DNA of 64,000 nt from a virus (taxonomy: Duplodnaviria; Caudoviricetes): positions 863 through 64,862 of the IMG/VR virus record IMGVR_UViG_3300025913_000034. One strand, written 5' to 3'. Under the pieces are notes generated by a model. The model was given only the letters and a program-made list of their open reading frames with translations. It did no database searches and was not told the origin of the DNA. The translations under genes and the position numbers were made by a program. The stretch's first letter is position 1, and each line of letters opens with the position of its first letter. This document shows, in pieces, positions 59,301-64,000 of this stretch.

Positions 59301-60489
59301 GCCGGGCAGCCACTGCGACAAGGTCTGGGCGCTCCCGGCACAGCCGGTCCCACCGCGCCTGAAGCGCGGCCACGATCTCCTGCTCCATGGCCTCGCTCGT
59401 GTGCGAGTAGACACCCTCGACGCCCTGGAGCTGATGCCCCATACGCTCCTCGGCGGCGATGCGCGGTGCTCCGTCCTCGTCGATCCACACCTTGTGGCTG
59501 TGACGCAGGCCGTGCATGGTGAGGCCCTTCGCACCCTCAACGGCCGGCACCGCGGGCTTGCGGACTTTGCTGCCGTTGTACGTGGCCTCACGACCGTTCA
59601 CGGCCTCGGAGAATGCCAGCTGACCGAAGCCCGACCGGCGCGGGTGGGCGCCCTTTGCTCCGAGGAAGAGGTGCACCTGATCCACCGGCAGCGTGTCGAG
59701 AAAGTCGCGCAGGATAGTCACCAAGAACGGGGGGATCGGCAGTGTGCGGCGGCTGCCGTACTTCGGCTCCTTCTCCTCGAAGCTCCCGTCGTCGTGCTCG
59801 ACCAGCTGCCACTCGACGCGGACCGCGCCCCGCTCCAGCCAGACGAACTCGCGCTTGAGTCCGACCAGCTCACCCCAGCGCATGCCCGTGAAGGCGGCCA
59901 GGACGGCCAGGACGAACGCCCACTCCCCGCGCAGGACGCGCAGGTTGTTCGCCACGCGCAGCACGTCCGCTTCGTAGACCCAGACCTTCTCGGTGTGCGT
60001 TCGACGCTTGTAGCGACCGCGGCGCTTGCGCCTCTGCGCGGGGTTGAAGTCGATGAGCCCCTCGTAGACGGCGTCTTCGAGCATCGTGACGAGCAGTCCA
60101 CGGGTGACGGACAGGGTGTTGGGCTTCATGCCGCCCTCGGCAAGCGCGGTCGCCCAGGCTTCGACCTTCAACGGCTTAATGTCCGCCAGCGGGCGGTCGC
60201 CCCAGGCCGGCACCAGGTGGATGCGCAGACGGGTGCGGTAGCGCTCCATGGTCAGGCTGGAGACGTCTTGGGCGTCGATCCAGCGCTCGGCCCAGTCCTT
60301 GAACAAGATCTTGCCGCGCTCTGGGTCTTTCCAGATGCCGCGCCGGATATCGGCTTCCTGCTCGCGGCCGTAGTTGACGGCGGCGTCTCGGGTGGCGAAT
60401 CCGGGCTCTGAGTCCCAGCTGCCGTCGGGGAGTTGGAAGCGGGCCCGCCACGGATAGGGGCCCTTGCCGCGTTTCTCTGCGTAGGCCAT
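59242..60489 (-). CDS. int: Tyrosine integrase
   Basis: Arm-binding N-terminus (WRARF...GFATR..A); TGMRWGEL; HGLRHSH; RMGH; VYSH. Confidence 0.95.
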   Translation of the reverse strand: MAYAEKRGKGPYPWRARFQLPDGSWDSEPGFATRDAAVNYGREQEADIRRGIWKDPERGKILFKDWAERWIDAQDVSSLTMERYRTRLRIHLVPAWGDRPLADIKPLKVEAWATALAEGGMKPNTLSVTRGLLVTMLEDAVYEGLIDFNPAQRRKRRGRYKRRTHTEKVWVYEADVLRVANNLRVLRGEWAFVLAVLAAFTGMRWGELVGLKREFVWLERGAVRVEWQLVEHDDGSFEEKEPKYGSRRTLPIPPFLVTILRDFLDTLPVDQVHLFLGAKGAHPRRSGFGQLAFSEAVNGREATYNGSKVRKPAVPAVEGAKGLTMHGLRHSHKVWIDEDGAPRIAAEERMGHQLQGVEGVYSHTSEAMEQEIVAALQARWDRLCRERPDLVAVAARQDRLPFVSQKGGLRLVHSA

Positions 60490-60584
60490 CGTCGATGCCT
60501 CCTGGGTGTAAGTCGGCTGAACTGCGCCGGGAGAGGGTAAACGCAGTCCATGCCGGCTCTACACGGTACGGCTCGGGATGTCGG

Positions 60585-60953
60585 TCAGGTACCTGTTCGT
60601 CCGCGCCGGACGGGGAAGTTGGTGACGACGCCGAGCGAGGGGTGGCTTTCGTTCAGGGCGTCGGCGCGGCCGGCTTGGTAGCCGAGTTCGAACAGTCGGT
60701 CGCCGAGCTTTTGGGGCTCGATGACGATGTACTGGACCAGCCAGACGACCAGGGTCGTACAGGCTGCCGAGACGAGTAGGAGGGTGATGTTCTGCATTGC
60801 CCGGCTGGCGGCGTTGCTGTGGTCACCGGTAAAGGCGCAGGTGATGATCCAGGCGCCTGCTAATCCCCAGAGGGTGGCTACCACCCCCCCGTGGAGCCTT
60901 CTACAACGTTGGAGACTCGGGACGTTCGTTCGGTTTGAGGTTCCTTCGGACAT
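60585..60953 (-). CDS. Two-TM membrane protein co-oriented with repressor and integrase
   Basis: Two hydrophobic helices; AGGGG RBS. Confidence 0.6.
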   Translation of the reverse strand: MSEGTSNRTNVPSLQRCRRLHGGVVATLWGLAGAWIITCAFTGDHSNAASRAMQNITLLLVSAACTTLVVWLVQYIVIEPQKLGDRLFELGYQAGRADALNESHPSLGVVTNFPVRRGRTGT

Positions 60954-61045
60954 TTCCCCTCGCTCACCCGTTGACCACTGAGTAGCTGATCGGGCCACCG
61001 AGTCAACTCCCGGAGTAAAGGGAGAGTCAAGAGTAAAGGTACTGA

Positions 61046-61489
61046 TCAGGCCTGCTTCCGGCGGCGAGGTTCCTCAGGGTTCTTCCTTCTCTCTCGCAAT
61101 GCCTGGAGGGTATGGATCAATGCCTCCTTGTCGGCATCGCTGAGAATATTGTCAGCCAAGATTCGCTCCTCCGGCGTGGGGGGCGCCTGCGGAGGCTCCG
61201 GCTCACCGTCCAGGCCCACCTCTCCGGGGAGAACCAGCCCGGAAGCGACAAAGAGGTCGCGAGGCGGCAAGCCCAGGGCGGGCGCCACCTTCCGCAGGTT
61301 TTCCAGGCTCGGGTCGCCGTCCTCCTGGATCCAGCGCCGTAAAAGGCTGTCGTGGACACTGCTCATCCGGGCGAGGGTCGGAACGTCCAGGTCTCCGTTG
61401 GATCGCACATAGTTGGCGACCCGCATCGCTTCCTTGAAGTACGCGGCGAACTGCTGCCGGCGTCTCCGATCCTCATCCGTAAGGGCCAC
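61046..61489 (-). CDS. Immunity repressor (XRE HTH)
   Basis: LARMSSVHDSLLRRWI...PSLENLRKVAPALG; divergent from Cro/Xis; start uncertain. Confidence 0.8.
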   Translation of the reverse strand: MALTDEDRRRRQQFAAYFKEAMRVANYVRSNGDLDVPTLARMSSVHDSLLRRWIQEDGDPSLENLRKVAPALGLPPRDLFVASGLVLPGEVGLDGEPEPPQAPPTPEERILADNILSDADKEALIHTLQALRERRKNPEEPRRRKQA

Positions 61490-61506
61490 GCGGACACTGT
61501 ATCGCC

Positions 61507-61722
61507 CATGCATGTCTGCGTGAAAGTGAACCTCAGACATTAAGACGCAGGTCAAACGTGCAGGCGCCTGAGGCTTCTGGGACATGCATGTCCTGCCGTG
61601 ACCTGTGTGTTTACGACAGCGCCACCAGCGCGCAACCACGCCCTATGGCACGCATGCACACAGGGCGCCTCTTTCTCATGCGTGCATTCAAGTACACGCA
61701 AGTGTTGCGCACGCATGCGTGC
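61507..61722. promoter_or_regulatory. Operator-like palindromes of the genetic switch
   Basis: GACATGCATGTC (61581), GCACGCATGCAC (61648), GCACGCATGCGTGC (61709), CATGCATGTC (61507). Confidence 0.6.
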
Positions 61723-61740
61723 TCGCAGTAGTGTCCCGCC

Positions 61741-62034
61741 ATGACGACAGACGCGGAGCCCCTCCGACGCGAACCTCGGACCATCGAGCTCATCGGCGAC
61801 AAGTTCGAGGTACTCGCGCAGGACTTCGGCTGGATGACCAACGGCAAGTACGACTACGAGCGCATAGCCCACGAGCTGGCCCTTTCCGAGAAGCAGGCGC
61901 GCCGGGTGCTGACCGCACAGGCACGCCCGAGCACCACCTTCATCGGAGGGCTGATCACGGCCACCCACGATCTCGTCGGCTTCCGGCGCGTGTTCCGAGT
62001 CGTCAACCTCAGCGACCCCATCGGAAAGGTCTAG
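61741..62034 (+). CDS. Cro-like HTH protein
   Basis: RIAHELALSEKQARRVL...RPSTTFI; position opposite the repressor. Confidence 0.65.
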   Translation: MTTDAEPLRREPRTIELIGDKFEVLAQDFGWMTNGKYDYERIAHELALSEKQARRVLTAQARPSTTFIGGLITATHDLVGFRRVFRVVNLSDPIGKV

Positions 62035-62039
62035 GAGCG

Positions 62040-62279
62040 ATGACCACCAGCACCGTCAAGGTCTACACGGCCGAACAGGTGGCGGAGATCCTGCGCTGCA
62101 ACAAGGTGACCGTCTACCGCTGGGCCCGCAAGGGCCTGATCGGGGACGGCCCCCTCGCGGGGCAGCGGATCTACCGCTTTACGCAGAAGCACATCGACGA
62201 CTTCCTCAGCGGCGCTACCCGGACCGCTGCGGCCGAGGTCGAGAAGCCCACGCGCAACCCCAAGTACGCCGGAAAGTAG
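62040..62279 (+). CDS. xis: Excisionase-like HTH protein
   Basis: YTAEQVAEILRCNKVTVYRWARKG...YRFTQKHIDDFL. Confidence 0.8.
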   Translation: MTTSTVKVYTAEQVAEILRCNKVTVYRWARKGLIGDGPLAGQRIYRFTQKHIDDFLSGATRTAAAEVEKPTRNPKYAGK

Positions 62280-62363
62280 CGAGCCCGCGTCCGCGCTAAC
62301 GGACCGGGCTCAGGACCAGCAAGACCGATTCGAACCGCTAAGCACGAAAGGAACTGGTCACCC

Positions 62364-64000
62364 ATGAGGGTACCGCTCAAGCCCCGCCCGCACGAACAGG
62401 GCATCCACCGCACCGACAGCTCGGCCCGCCGCACCGCGGCGCCGTGGCCCGGACGCGAGGCCGACCGCGAGATCAGCTTCGAGGACATCAAGGCGCTGCC
62501 CGACCCGGACTGGATCGGCCGCAGCCCCGAGGGCGCCTACGCGCTCGACGCCGAGCTGCTGGAGCCGCTGCCGCTGGCCGACTGGGCGATGTGGCTCGAC
62601 GCCGAGTGGTTCGGCGTGAGCAAGTCCTGGTCGCAGCTGGCGGTCCGCACCACCGCCGAGCTGACCGGCCTGGAGCGCGACTGGGGCGTGGCGGCGTGCA
62701 TGCTGACCGCGCCGCTCATCGACGAGTGCGAGGCGTTCGAGGCCGAGCTGAAGGCGCAGGTGGCGTCGTGAAGGGCCCCGAGGACATCCGGACCAAAGCC
62801 ATCGCCCTGCTCGTGGAGAAGATCCACGAGATCGAGGCCGAGTCCGACCGGCAGACCAAGCAGCACACCGCCGCCATGGCCAGCCCGGCCGCGCTGATGG
62901 CCTTCCAGACCTACAGCGACCACCGCGAGGCCGCGGCGCTGAACCACCAGCTGGCGTACCGCTGTGAGCAGCTATGCGAGGAGATCACCGGCGCGCTGCT
63001 GTTCGACGAGCTCGACGCGCAGGACGAGACCGCCGAACAGGCCGCACTCGACGCTGGCCAGCACCAGGGCGACAAGATGCGCACCTCCAACGTCCTGCGC
63101 GCGCTGGCCGATCAGCTCGACGCTCTTGGCGACCTCCTCAACCATCCGATCACCGTGACGACCTACGACTTTGGCTACAAGCACGAGGTTGCCATCCAGC
63201 CGTTCGGCGACGACGACCAGCGCGACGTCGCGCTGGTGTACGCGCTCGCCACCAAGCTGGGTGCCGAGGCCAACGTCCGGACGCTCGACGAGACAAAGGT
63301 CTCCGTCCAGTTCGCAACCGAGTTCAGCGGCGTGCAACTCGAGATGTTCTCGCACGCGGACTGCAAGGCTGCGGACAGAGCCGCACACGAGGCGTCCCGC
63401 CCGACTCTGGCCGAGCAGTTGCGCAAGTGCGGCGCCGAGCAGGCCGCACAAGACGCTGATGCCGACGCCTTCCACGCCCAGCGCCGCGCCGACGAGGCCG
63501 AGGACGGTGCGCTGTGACCACCGCCAGCCTGACCCGGGAGCTCTCCACCACCCCCGCGCACCTGATCACGGCCCTCAGCCTCGCCAACGCCCGGGTCGCC
63601 CACGGCCTGACAGCGTACCCGTACAGCATGCAGACCGGCGGCTACACCCTCGACCAGCTCGACGGCGAGAACTGCGGCGCCTGCGGCGGCCAGTTCCGCG
63701 CCGGCGGCGTCGACCACCCGGTGTTCCACGAGCAGGTCGCCGAGTGGCGCGTGTACCGGCACGTCATGTGCCCGAAGGCGGGTGCGTCGCAATGACCGCC
63801 CTCTACATCAACGGCATCCGCGTGACCCAAAAGGTCGCCGCCGAGCTGCTGGCGCTCGCGCCAGAGTTCCCGGCCGGCTTCACCGCCGACGACGCGCTGG
63901 CCGCGATCCGCTCGGTCCTGGCCGCCCACGGCTGCGACCTGACGGCGTGCCTGGCGGACCTGGCGTTCCAGTACGGCGACCACATGGCCGAGACGGCGGC
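62364..64000 (+). other. Early-gene run (62364-62771, 62768-63517, 63514-63795, 63792 to window end)
   Basis: GTGA/ATGA-coupled ORFs similar in style to 1-10 kb. Confidence 0.65.

Overview
High-GC window that reads as most of one temperate siphovirus genome of an actinomycete; a filamentous host is inferred from WhiB, TraB and DUF6221-type genes. Layout: a + strand run of early genes starting inside a DNA methyltransferase (1-10370); a Ro60/TROVE gene preceded by four tandem Y-RNA-like elements, three with circularly permuted tRNA-like domains and all four carrying an anticodon-type loop (10447-12607); WhiB plus a detached virion-protein-like cassette (15660-18345); a - strand structured-RNA cluster with two Ala-identity tRNA or tRNA-like RNAs (19018-19529); a glycosyltransferase/epimerase/methyltransferase operon (22497-26385); the - strand head and tail operon (26440-46962); a divergent lysis cassette (47161-49722); an AICE/plasmid-type conjugation module with TraB-like FtsK, clt-like octamers, Spd-like membrane proteins and a Nudix hydrolase (about 50500-57200); then an apparently intact attP, tyrosine integrase, repressor/Cro/Xis switch and more early genes. 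Best candidates for new biology: (1) the Ro60 plus multi-anticodon Y-RNA array, and (2) a virion-forming phage carrying its own TraB/clt DNA-transfer system. All family calls come from reading motifs by eye; no database searches were run.
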